From: Tubulanus polymorphus
Taxonomy: Eukaryota > Animalia > Nemertea
Direction of reading: 5' to 3'
Length of the DNA: 64,000 bases
NCBI RefSeq assembly: GCF_964204645.1
Contig: NC_134029.1
Location: 17,540,950-17,604,949, forward strand
Shown: positions 53,301 to 63,599 of the stretch, piece by piece
Position numbering within the stretch: position 1 is the first letter of the stretch
Layout: every line of letters begins with the position of its first letter
The notes under the pieces: generated by a model
Databases searched by the model: none
Seen by the model: the letters and a program-made list of their open reading frames with translations, nothing else
Told to the model about the DNA's origin: nothing
Position numbers and translations under genes: made by a program

Positions 53301-56300
53301 ATGACGCAGGCGCACTATGCTACAGATATTCAAGTACGTATTTTCATCTGTAAAACCAGTACACACCGTCACCGTTGTGATTGCTATGGGCGACAATGTT
53401 TTATTTCACTTGACGTAACAGTCAATCCGCGCTGCGAAGTTGGATGCGCCAAAATTTCAGCAGATAGCGCCTAGTACATGCAAATGACGTCACCATGGAA
53501 ACCCAGAAATAATATTTCTTAATTTGATGATAGCCCCATTCATAATATATTCGGATTTTGATACTTCAAGGCAAGAATGTATGGAATGGGGACTGCATGA
53601 CTAAATAATTGATTGAATCATCATTACTGACTCGATACATATATACATGAATTTTTATTTTTTTCGAACATCTAAATTCTAATTCGGGATAATGAATGAC
53701 ATTTATTAATATCATTTTTGTATCAGTATTGCGTGGTATGATAAGCGTGTGAAATGGTGCATCTATTTCAGGTTTCCCCAGGCGTCATTGAGAATTTCGC
53801 ACAAATTTCTAGCCGAAACTCTGAAACAGCTAAATGATAACGTTGTTTCAAAGATGAAAGAAAATGGATTGAATATTTTGATTTATTTCCGGGTTTTCCA
53901 AGATGACGTCATTCACGTGTACGTGGTGCCATCTGCTGACATTTCGGAAATATCTTCGCGGCGTAAAAATGCCTACACGGTGCGGAATTGTCACTTGCGC
54001 TACGTCAAACAAAACATAGTCTTTTTGAGGGGAATTGTCGCCCATAGATCGCTTCGTTTCATCGTTTGATCATAATGATCTTTGTTCATCGATGTAATTG
54101 TGTTGGGTGGTAGGAATCCGGTACCGATTTCTCCAATCATACCCAGCGAAACGATGTTTCGGTTAACTGTGTTTTGCGTTTCTGAACAACGCATATTTGG
54201 TCATGAAACAGGGCAGAAAAACAGTTTTGTGTTTTGGGCTTGTTCTCGCCATGCGCGCAAGGTTTAGTATTAGCACTCCGGCACAACTAAGTATATACGG
54301 CTAAGGAGTTTTAACTTACATTAACTTACATACTAACTAACATTTTTTCGTGCTTTATATCATTCTAGATTTAACTATACGCCTAATCGGTGGTGCTTCG
54401 CCAAACATTGGCACTGTGCAACTTACATTTGATGGCGTGCCAGGTTCAATTTGCGACCGTAGTTGGAGTTATTTCGATGCTAAGGTGCTTTGTCGTCAGT
54501 TAGGTTACAGCGATGGCCGTGCATTATCTCGGTCATATCACGGTAGAGTTAACGGTGTGGCATTTTTGAATAACATGCGGTGTAACAGCCGGGAGGATAA
54601 TATCTTGCAATGCCAGAATTCAGGGTGGAAAAAAAGTACGTCTCGTTGTTATCCTACTACACAAGCCGGTGTTGCGTGCGCAGGAAAAGGTAAATAACTT
54701 CCAATGTAATCCATTGCACGCGGTAATTACTGATACTTTTTTTATACCTAAAGGAAACGATGTTTTGTTGAATTTTAGTTAAAATCTACAAAGGGAATTC
54801 GAGATCGTATGGTATTGTTAACGTCTGGGGGAAATTCCCCGAACGAGATTTCTCCTCTTGGATGAGTGTATGCGATGAAGGATGGGATGACACTGACGCT
54901 CGTGAGTGTAATTGTGTAATTCAATCAAATATTATTTCATATATTCTACCTGTGCAACTATGAAGAACGGCTTGATAAAGATAATCATTTGTATTTTAGG
55001 AGTATTTTGTAAAGAGTTGGGATATTCCTACGGAAAAAGTGTATGCTGTGGTGCGTTTGGCTATAACTATCGACCCGCTAACATGACCAACGTACGATGT
55101 GTTGGAAATGAAAAAACGATTTTCGACTGTCCACACGAGAGTCCCACTTTTAGAGATCGGTGTTCCACCAGAAATTATGCATCTGTTGTCTGTTCAAATA
55201 GTCCACCCAGTACAGGTTTGTTTGCGATCATATATGTGTATCATCTGACCACTGAATACCTTATAGATCATATGAAGTAATTGTAGATTGATTGACAAAT
55301 CGTGTTACAATTTTAGGGTATGGAATACGCATTGAAGGGAGTATGAGATTTGGCAAGCTTGGTCTGAAATATTATGATGTCTGGGGGCGAATTTGTGCAG
55401 ATGGTTGGAGTGATGCAGATGCATCAGTCGCCTGTAGACAGCTTGGATTCCAAAATGGACAGGCATATACGCATTATCAAACATCAAGCGTTTACGGGCC
55501 GTACTGGAGCGGTAATTTTAAGTGCACGGCCGGTGATATAAGCCTTGGTTCGTGTACTAGAACAGCCTGGGGTTCGCTGACATCGTGTCCCTCTGGACAC
55601 GCAGCTGGCGTATTGTGTTACCAACGCAATGGTAGGCCTTACATATTTTCTTATTTTTTATTATTTTGTATTCATATTAATGTAATCTTTAAGGACTCTT
55701 ATTATTACCAAAAACATTCAAGGTAAAAGGTGACCTCTAAATGGGATATCGTGTAAAACCTATTTTCTAATGTGATGTATTTATAAATGCAACGAGATGA
55801 TTAGTACTATATTGGTTAACTACCTTATTTGACGCACGAGCTTTCGCTACGTATGTATAGTAGCTTCATCGGGTGAATGAGTGAAGTTGCTATACAGAAG
55901 TAGCGAAAGCTCGTGCGTCAAATAAAATAGTTCAACTATATTATACTACTCGTATCATATTTATTCTACACGCGGTTAACACGGCGCCTCGACGAATCTC
56001 ATCATATTCATGAATGATAAAGTATGTTACTTATTTTGATTTTAGTACAGCCATTACTGAGAAATAAAATTCAAAAGTCGGTTATTTTACCAGGATCGTA
56101 TGAACACATTTAAATAACTCATTTTCAGGACTCTCCTATCGCTTGGCTGGCAGCGGCTCACGGAATTTTGGTCGTGTTGAAGTTTCTGTGGATGGAGTTT
56201 GGGGTACTGTATGCAATATCAACTGGAGAAACGCTGATGCCGGGGTATTCTGTCGACAGATGGGTTTCACTGATGGAATTCTCTTGCAAGACTCGAGCCC

Positions 56301-59300
56301 TGGTAATACGAACGTCGTTTACACGAATGATATATATTGTGTTGGGAATGAAAGCCGATTTCAGGATTGCCCGCAGACATCTTGGCGCCAGTCTAAATAC
56401 TCGGATTGCCAGAACCACGAGCGAGATGTCGCTGTACACTGTTTTGGCGCAGGTATTATTTCTAAAACATATTTTCAGAAAAAGAAATAATAAAACCCCT
56501 CATAAATGTACGTTGGCTGATTCGGGCCATGCTAACAAAATTTCTGTATGGCTAGAGCAACGATAAAAAGATTTGCCCGTTTTTTGGTTCGCTAGCGCGA
56601 GAATTCAAAACTTTTGTTTTTCTCGCACGAGCAAACAAAACATTTTGGTTTTCTCGCGCGAATTCAAAACGTTTGGTTTTCTCGTGTGAGAATTCAAAAA
56701 CAATTTCACCAAAATATTTTGTTTTCTTGCACGAGAAACCCAAACTTTTTCCTATGAATTCTCGCGCGAGAAAACCAAAAGTTTTGAATGTTCGCTCTAG
56801 AAAACCAAAAAACAGGCAAATTTTTTTTTCCGTTCCTCTAGCCGTACAGAAAAAGTTTTTAGTATGTAACGTAGCCCGAATCAGCCATCATATAAATGAC
56901 TGTTGTGGATCGCAATTTCATTGCTGTGGTGGACTAGCTGATATGTTGCACCTCGAGTTTTAGGTATCAGTACAATTCAAAAACTCATGGACTCAGTTAA
57001 CTCAGGTAGCCCACATGGGGGCTGTTGCGTTCAATTCTTATCCTCCATACGTCCATACGATAACTCTTCTGTAAACGGAATGTTGGAAAGTTTTGGTACA
57101 TGATCTGCCCATGACTCATCTCCGACCAAAATACTGGCCTGATCAGTTTCAATGTTTTTGATCTTAGAATAGGGATTTTCCCTGTTATTTATGTTATTTA
57201 TTATTAATGTTATTATATTATTTATGTTATTAACCCTGTTAGTTGGTAAATTTCGTTTGATTTTTTGATTGAGTGTCCCTTACAGACCCACCACACATGC
57301 CGGGAGCGAAACGGGGGGTTTGATTTTGAAATCGGAAATCGAAGTACAGATATAGTTGTGTGATCGTTGGTGGCGATGTTAGTCTCATCAGTCTTCATGC
57401 GGAGATATTTTTTGCGGAAAATGTCAGTAGGTTCTAACTTGATATTTGATGAATGTGTACACATCTCCTTACATGGTTTCCCAATCTTTCCCAACCCCCA
57501 CAAGAAGGAGTTGATCATCGAATTATATACTGGTAATTAAGATCGGTGCCTATGCCGGTTTTATAACCACCATCAATTTGAAATTTGAAACTCATGACAT
57601 GTTCTATGATAACGTTGAGTTAAGTTTATTGGTGTCTGTGTACGTTCACGTGGGGTGTTAAATATAGTGTTGCCAGATTGTCAAGCATTTTAACAAATGG
57701 GCTTGCGTCCCTTGACCCCTAATTTAGATGCTGAACTAATGATGCATCTAAGATAAAATTTGAAATAATTGTCATTGATTGTATTTTTATTACAGTTCGC
57801 CTGGCAAATCATACTAGAGACGTAAACTGGACCTCGGGTCCTGTACAAATATATCGCAATACCACGTGGCATACTGTCTGCGATGTCAATTTCACGGACG
57901 CTGTCGCGCGACAAGTATGTCACGAGCTTGGATATTATGACGGTAGAGCGGTTTGCTGTTCGGGGTATGGATTCTTCGAATACAAATACAACAGAACACT
58001 GACGTTATTATGGAATTCATCGAATCCTTTGATTGAAAATAGTAAAACGCTCGGTTATTGTAGCAGCCGTAAATACGCTTCTGTGATATGTATTCCTACG
58101 ATATCCGTCCATACAGGTAAGTAAGTGAATGTCAGTAAATATTTCCGGATTACACAGAAAATCAAGAAGGACTTAATTAATTACCTTATTCTTGATTTTA
58201 TAATTGAACCAAATCTATCATTCTTCTTGAAACTTTTCATTGAAGAATATTTCAATATAAGTGCATAACCAAGTCGCCGTACTAATGTCTGCCTGTTGAT
58301 AATATAAGTACCGGGTAACACTGTGAAATTTATTTTTAGATTACAAGTTTGAATTGGAAACAACAACAAAACCGGGCATCGGCCGAGTTTTAGTTAAACA
58401 CTTAGGACAGCTGGGTCGCGTTTGCAGTTCTAACTGGGATGACAATGATGCCAACGTATTCTGTAAACAGATTAATTTTCAACGTGGAATTGCTTACATG
58501 CATTCGTTTCATTATTCGTGGAAGATCATCTACAATTCTGAACCTTACCTGGTGGCTAACGTATCTTGCGTCGGCACTGAGACCAGCTTAGATAAGTGTA
58601 AATTCGACGATCGACTTTCCCTCGGCAACTGTTCAAATTTGGATCATTATGACGCCGGTGTTCTCTGTTATAACGGAGGAGGTGAGACATTTTAAGCTCC
58701 GCTATGATCGAAGGTCAGCGGAGCTAATGGGTTAGGGGTGAGCCGTCGTCGTCCGTCCGTTCGTTCGTTTGTCTGTCAACTTTTCCTTCAAATCGCTACT
58801 AGTCCTACAGTTTTAATCAGATCAATTCCAAATTCGGTATGAATGTTCTATGGACCAAGGGCTTAAAGTAACAGAGCCATCTTTTTTGATTCGACCACCA
58901 CTGGACGATTTCGATTTCGACCACCATTGGAGTTTTAATTTCTTCAAATTGCTATTAGTCCTACAGTTTTAATCAGATCAAGTCCAAATTTGGTGTGAAT
59001 GTTCTATGGACCAATACCTACAAAATGCAGAGCCGTTTTTGGATTTGGCCAAAAGGGGGCACCCCTAGGTATGCAGCTTCCATTTCTTCAAATCACACAG
59101 CAGAGCTATATAAGCCAATAGGCTCCTTGTTTATAGAAATCTGAATGTCTTATACACTTCACGACGACTGCACGCAATAAACGAATTGTATAAATCTATG
59201 ATTACTTTTAGGTATCCAATACCGCTTGGCCAACGGGACGAACTCGAGAGGACGTGTTGAAGTTGGTATATCAGGAGTATGGGGAACTGTTTGTGGTCTT

Positions 59301-62300
59301 CACTGGGATAAAAAAGATGCAGCAGTTTTTTGTCGGTCTTTGGGAAGATCTTTTATGGACGGGGATCCGGTGTACAACAGCAAAATATTTGGAAGGGGCC
59401 AAGGGCCGATTTGGTTAAGTCACTTGCAATGCAATGGGACGGAGCCATCTTTGGAAAAATGTCCACATCCTGGATTCAACTCTAGCTTCGATCACTTTAG
59501 TTACTATCAAACCTGTTCACATTACTACGACGCTGGAGTACATTGTTATACAGATGGTAGGTTGTTGGAATCGAAGTTGATAGACCGACTATGAAGAGAC
59601 TTCTCGAATTAAATGCTAATGTCAACCAGCGACCCGACGCCTACCGACGAACTGGGTTTATTGGTGACAGGCGGCCTACGTTAGGCCACCAGTTGCTGTC
59701 ATATCCTCTCGACAAAAGCCGGCTTGCAAGGGAAACCCAACGCCTACCGACTCGTTGCAAGCCCTATCCGGGTAGTTGCCCATGTTCTACTCCCGCCTAC
59801 GGTGGGCTGACAGTTGCTTTCTTGCGCAACCGACGCGACGGAACTGACCGCAGGATTTCCAGCCAATCAGAGTCCGCATATGCATAATACAAATTGTGAT
59901 CGCATCATTGGTATCTAGCCATAATTTTTTGAATTTTTTACTTCAAACTGTATGTTCGAATTTCACTATCAGAATTTATTTGAAAGTAATTGGAGAGACA
60001 TCCAAAGAAGATCCAGTGCTAATAAGCAAATGAATAGACGGTGATGGTTATATAACTTGGCATACGAATCTTAAGGTAGAATGCCTAAAAGGAGCTGATA
60101 CACGCCTTGCCTTTTAGTCGATGGCTACATTTTGAAAGATAATACGAATAAGAAGTATAGAAGTATATACATTAGCAAAAATATAATTATATTATGATAT
60201 ATCTATTCTCAAAATGTACATCACATGACCATCTGCAGTTGTTTCAGTTCCCAGTAACCGTAACCATAAGTGGGGAAGCAACTTGCTGGATCTCATATCC
60301 CGCTAGTCGGGCTCAGGTACCGCGAATCGGAACTTTGTCCACATAAGCTGGGCTGCGATCGCAGTTTGCAATAGGCGATCATCGCGTCGCAGGTTGACAT
60401 AAGCCAGCCGTACGATTAAAGACAATGAGAATAGTAGTCAAAAATTGCTTTATTGGTTCTTGAAATACAAACGTCACAATGTGAAAAAAGAGCGTGTAAA
60501 GGACATTCGTGTTAACTGTTATGCCCCTTGAACCTGCCTGTTTTTCCCAGCCTCTAACGCCCTGTAAGGCTAACAACCTTACAATCAAGAATACCGTCTG
60601 ACACAATCTCGATCAGTACTTCCTACACAATATGTACTTATGACCTTTTGAAAATTCGTTTTTTTGAAAGTGTTTTTGTCTTCGATTAGGACACCTTATA
60701 AAAACGGTACATCTTGTGACATTGTTTTATAGTATAGTATTTTATTATTCGTTTTTGTAATTATTCAACTCGCAGTGAGATTATCGACTGGATTACGACT
60801 TGGGTATGGTACGGTTGAAGTCAATGTAGATGGAACGTGGAGTCATGTGTGTAGTAACAGTAACTGGGACGACAATGATGCGGTTGTTGTGTGTAAACAA
60901 CTAGGTTACCAAACGGGCAAAGCCGTTCCTAGGTATTCTTGTTAGATAATCCAGTATACAGTCTCGCATATCAAATGTATAATTTCATGAATTTTCCTCA
61001 AAGTTTCAGATGCGGCGTAGTCACGGATTTGTTGTATCTTATTAAACCAAAGTGAATACTATTTTTTCTTTATCCAGATCAGCGTTTGGAGGCAAAAAGT
61101 TGCCAATAGGTCTGATCGCAGTCAGCTGCCTGGGAACGGAAACATCATTCAAAAGTTGTTCCGTTGTGAAAGGATCGACATGTAGTTCTGGTACTGTGGC
61201 TGGAGTATACTGTTCTAAAACGCCAATAACCAGTAATGGTAAGTGAAGAGAATATCTCGTCAATGTACACATTCTCAATTCAAAAGAGCATTTTTTTATT
61301 TGAACATAAAAGATTAATATTTCATTTGTTGATTTAACCAAGTTATTGAAAAGCCAAAATGAACTTACGTTAAAAATAATGAATAATGTGAATGTTGCAG
61401 GCTTCCGATTGCGTATATCCGAAGACAGATATGCCAGTCATTACCATGGCATTCTCGAAGTAAACAATTTTGGTGTCTGGGGTCGCGTATGTCCGTATGG
61501 ATTTGGAGATCGCGAGGCGTCCGCGGCTTGTAAAACAATGAAATATGCTGGTGGTGTAGCTTACACGCATATTGCACTGAATAAACGACCGATCGTAGTT
61601 AGCAATGTATCGTGTCCGTTGGGATTCAAGTTGGAGTCTTGTTCGTTCACAAATTGGGGAGATAATTACACATGTCACGCCACCGGGTTTGAAGCTGGAG
61701 TCATCTGTTACAATACCACTGCAGGTAGGTTTATACGTGACTTAAGCTATCGCCTACCAAATGTTGTGCGCCGATATTTAAACTAAAACAGTCAATTTAA
61801 AACTCCTATAAAAATCCTTAGTACGATACCTTTTGTCAATATGACTATATGTATATTCAGATGGGCTTGAGTTGATGAAATCATGAATTATTCTGTAGGA
61901 ATGAACTATCGCATTGTGGGCCCGAAAAGCAATTACGGACGAGTTGAAATATCGTACGATGGACTTTGGGGAACTATCTGCGACCAATATTGGTCCTACT
62001 TCGACGCTCTGGTTTTATGTAAACAGTTCAACTATAAGGACGGAATCGCAGTTCGTGGATCGGCTTATGGTGGAGGGAATGGGCCAGTTTGGGTGAAATC
62101 ATTTGGATGTATTGGCTCAGAAAAGACTATACTACAATGTTTCAATACTGGTTGGAATGAATCGATAACTTCTTCTTGTAAAAGCCATAATTACGACGCA
62201 TCAGTGAAATGTTTCAATGAAAAAATTCGTGAGTTATTTTTTTAACTTATATATATAAGTATTCGATTCCATTCTGTTCATTTTCAAACATCGCAAAATT

Positions 62301-62666
62301 TAAGCAGTTTTTCTGAACGTTTTTTTGTATTTTACTTTTACGATGCCATTACAGGAATAACTAAGGTGCGTCTGGCGGATGGCAATTCTACAAGTGGACG
62401 GGTAGAAGTATACGCTACCGGAGTCAATCAGTGGGGCACTGTCTGTGATGATATGTGGGATGACAAAGACGCCAAAGTTGTCTGTAAAATGCTGGGTTTT
62501 CCATGGGGGAAAGCGATTCGTAATAATTTCGGAATTGCAAGTGGTATGATTATGTTGGATAACGTTCAGTGTGCGGGCAATGAAAGTAACGTAGGTGATT
62601 GTCAACGGCGAGGATTCCTAGATCACAACTGTGACCATAGCGAAGACGCATCTGTTGCCTGCTTTG
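32218..62666 (+). CDS. Multi-exon secreted/surface multi-SRCR protein (DMBT1-like): signal peptide + >=26 SRCR domains, 32 coding exons, 3' end not seen
   Basis: Exons are bounded by GT/AG sites and all inter-domain introns are phase 1. Summed exon length 8671 nt keeps one frame. Domains carry SRCR motifs (G-x-V-E..WGTVCD..W...DA.V.C..LG ... C.G.E..L..C ... C....DA.V.C). The last visible exon ends at a GTAAGT donor with no stop. Confidence 0.93.
32500..34206. mobile_element. Non-autonomous DNA element, TAGTAA..TTACTA termini, GAGC target duplication (Academ-like), with nested HINE
   Basis: GAGC at 32496-32499 and 34207-34210; single GAGC at the paralogous empty site (~5044-5049). Contains a 150-bp hairpin (32501-32650) and AT-rich ~90-bp repeats. 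Confidence 0.7.
33096..34073 (-). mobile_element. HINE-like element with ~145-bp tandem array (about 5 units)
   Basis: Subterminal IR TGTCCCCCG / CGGGGGACA, GACGGACG microsatellite, units starting at 33301, 33446, 33591, 33737 and 33882; inserted in an A-run. Confidence 0.8.
35224..35660 (+). mobile_element. Probable HINE-like element containing a (GCGT)n microsatellite (35270-35345)
   Basis: TTTTAGCC start followed by the tetranucleotide tract; the 3' end is uncertain. Confidence 0.45.
37073..37251 (+). CDS. SRCR1 N-half exon
   Basis: ttcag acceptor; [39 protein letters not shown]; gtaagt donor. Not in the ORF track. Confidence 0.9.
37381..37552 (+). CDS. SRCR1 C-half exon
   Basis: [33 protein letters not shown]. 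Confidence 0.9.
38050..40065 (+). mobile_element. Decayed Vingi/Ingi-like LINE in intron 3
   Basis: [35 protein letters not shown] motif; [15 protein letters not shown]; 3' (TAAC)n tail. Confidence 0.75.
40436..40759 (+). CDS. SRCR2 exon (type A)
   Basis: [30 protein letters not shown]; AG/GT boundaries. Confidence 0.9.
40985..41332 (+). CDS. SRCR3 exon (type B)
   Basis: [28 protein letters not shown]. Confidence 0.9.
41560..41599 (+). ncRNA. Minimal hammerhead-ribozyme-like motif (mutated core)
   Basis: CAC-CTAATGA-T-GGCTGTT-AGTC-AACAGCC-GAAA-CGTT-GTG. Confidence 0.5.
41692..42033 (+). CDS. SRCR4 exon (type C)
   Basis: [26 protein letters not shown]. Confidence 0.88.
42534..42848 (+). 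CDS. SRCR5 exon (type A, CC motif)
   Basis: [31 protein letters not shown]. Confidence 0.9.
43167..43496 (+). CDS. SRCR6 exon (type B)
   Basis: [28 protein letters not shown]. Confidence 0.9.
44963..45140. repeat. Dispersed repeat, copy 1
   Basis: gagtgtcccttacagacccaccacac..gggagcgaaac..tttgattttgaaatcggaaatcgaagtacag is shared with 57150-57365. Confidence 0.85.
46544..46712 (+). CDS. SRCR7 N-half exon (type C)
   Basis: [25 protein letters not shown]; the phase-2 donor aa|gtatgc matches the next acceptor. Confidence 0.85.
47172..47356 (+). CDS. SRCR7 C-half exon
   Basis: [30 protein letters not shown]. Confidence 0.85.
47780..48124 (+). CDS. SRCR8 exon (type A)
   Basis: [24 protein letters not shown]. 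Confidence 0.9.
48820..49131 (+). CDS. SRCR9 exon (type B)
   Basis: [25 protein letters not shown]. Confidence 0.9.
49271..49386 (+). CDS. SRCR10 N-part exon (type C)
   Basis: [17 protein letters not shown]; phase-0 donor. Confidence 0.85.
49515..49722 (+). CDS. SRCR10 C-part exon
   Basis: [29 protein letters not shown]. Confidence 0.87.
49910..50236 (+). CDS. SRCR11 exon (type A, CC motif)
   Basis: [31 protein letters not shown]. Confidence 0.9.
50560..50901 (+). CDS. SRCR12 exon (type B)
   Basis: [29 protein letters not shown]. Confidence 0.88.
51084..51425 (+). CDS. SRCR13 exon (type C)
   Basis: [34 protein letters not shown]. Confidence 0.9.
52108..52419 (+). CDS. SRCR14 exon (type A)
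   Basis: [29 protein letters not shown]. Confidence 0.9.
52551..52802. mobile_element. hAT-like MITE
   Basis: Imperfect TIR CAGGAGCGGATCTAGG / CCTAAATCTGCCCCTG; target duplication not clean. Confidence 0.55.
53022..53333 (+). CDS. SRCR15 exon (type B)
   Basis: [26 protein letters not shown]. Confidence 0.9.
54369..54689 (+). CDS. SRCR16 exon (type C)
   Basis: [32 protein letters not shown]. Confidence 0.9.
54779..54901 (+). CDS. SRCR17 N-part exon (type A)
   Basis: [31 protein letters not shown]; gtgagt donor. Not in the ORF track. Confidence 0.85.
55000..55215 (+). CDS. SRCR17 C-part exon (CC motif)
   Basis: VFCKELG..VCCGAFG..RCVGNE..NYASVVC. Confidence 0.88.
55317..55631 (+). CDS. SRCR18 exon (type B)
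   Basis: [30 protein letters not shown]. Confidence 0.9.
55795..55955. ncRNA. Inverted pair of minimal hammerhead-like motifs (Penelope pLTR-like)
   Basis: The minus strand of 55835-55875 reads CAC-CCGATGA-A-GCTAC-loop-GTAGC-GAAA-GCTC-GTG; a degenerate inverted partner lies on the + strand. Confidence 0.5.
56129..56452 (+). CDS. SRCR19 exon (type C)
   Basis: [24 protein letters not shown]. Confidence 0.9.
56541..56853. mobile_element. Palindromic MITE with TTTTCTCGCGCGAGAATTCAAAA subrepeats
   Basis: TIR tttctgtatggctagag / ctctagccgtacagaaa. Confidence 0.75.
57150..57365. repeat. Dispersed repeat, copy 2
   Basis: Aligns to 44963-45140. Confidence 0.85.
57796..58116 (+). CDS. SRCR20 exon (type A, CC motif, divergent)
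   Basis: Open frame [46 protein letters not shown] between tacag and gtaagt. Not in the ORF track. Confidence 0.85.
58340..58681 (+). CDS. SRCR21 exon (type B)
   Basis: [24 protein letters not shown]. Confidence 0.9.
58690..59132 (+). mobile_element. HINE-like element 8 bp downstream of the SRCR21 donor
   Basis: TTTTAAGCTCCGCT..AGCGGAGCT, (GTCC/GTTC) microsatellite, ~150-bp internal repeat x2, 3' AGCAGAGCT + hairpin AGCCAATAGGCT + CTTGTTT. Confidence 0.8.
59212..59556 (+). CDS. SRCR22 exon (type C)
   Basis: [38 protein letters not shown]. Confidence 0.92.
60776..60932 (+). CDS. SRCR23 N-half exon (type A)
   Basis: [35 protein letters not shown]; phase-2 donor. Not in the ORF track. Confidence 0.87.
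61078..61238 (+). CDS. SRCR23 C-half exon
   Basis: [23 protein letters not shown]. Confidence 0.87.
61401..61724 (+). CDS. SRCR24 exon (type B)
   Basis: [26 protein letters not shown]. Confidence 0.9.
61899..62228 (+). CDS. SRCR25 exon (type C)
   Basis: [29 protein letters not shown]. Confidence 0.92.
62355..62666 (+). CDS. SRCR26 exon (canonical type)
   Basis: [52 protein letters not shown]. Confidence 0.93.
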
Positions 62667-63599
62667 GTAAGTTACGACAAAGTTATTAGAACCGGAGTAA
62701 TATTACCAACTGGATATTCTGTTTTTAATTACGACTTCAGCATATGCTTTGGTAAATTATTCTTGAACTTCAGAGTTTCTGCATTTCTGAAGAGACTATT
62801 GTAATTCCCATTTTTATCTCTTTCTTCCAAACAAGAAACTTATCTATTTCTTCAATTTCTCCGTCAATTCTAAACGGATCTTCATGATCGTGCCATAAGC
62901 GAGAAGATTTTCGCAAACACAACCTGAAGTTAATTATGGTCCGTGGTGGTACCTTTCTAGTGCCAACCATTTAAGCCCTGGAAGAAAATATGAGGACCTC
63001 GATTTTTAAAAATTCGGTTTTGTGGGCCTAGCTCCTAGACAACGCGATGTCAAGGCATATCTCATTCAGTGATTATGTTGGAATTAACATTAAACGGCGT
63101 ATTTTCACAACGTACATAAAAAGTGCCGCAAAAATACCAGCTTTTAGCGGGTTCTTTATTCTATTGAAACCCAGAATGCTAGTACTACGAAATAAGAAAT
63201 ATCATTCAAAACATCAGCTTTTGTCAATTATGTTTAATCTGGAGACGCTTAACGTTTTTGAAACCAATGCAAAAAGCTCGATATACGCCAACCCTTCGAT
63301 TGTTCAAGATTCACCTACACAAGACAGTTACATTTTCTACGACTTGGCTTTGGCCGAACAACAAGAAAGAAGCTAATAATTTACCACCACTAGATTTTGC
63401 CTCTCGAGCAGAACCAACCTATTCCGAACCGCACCCCGCGGGACCGTCTCGTGATAATCCTGCCACTTAACAGCTTGTGAAATATGAGGGAGTTCCAGAA
63501 CATTATTATAAATTGCATAGAAAAATAAACTAAACCGACCGTCCAAGATTTGGCCTACGAGGCACGTCAGGGTTTTCACATTTTATAGATGTACTCTTA

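Noticed and set aside
32218-62666. Assigning the symbol DMBT1
   Set aside because: No CUB or ZP domains or SID spacers are visible; the architecture is only DMBT1-like and orthology cannot be shown.
63047-63470. Possible cytoplasmic-tail exon of the SRCR gene (IYANP, PTYSEP motifs)
   Set aside because: The motifs are in different frames, no convincing acceptor was found, and there is no transmembrane exon between them and SRCR26.
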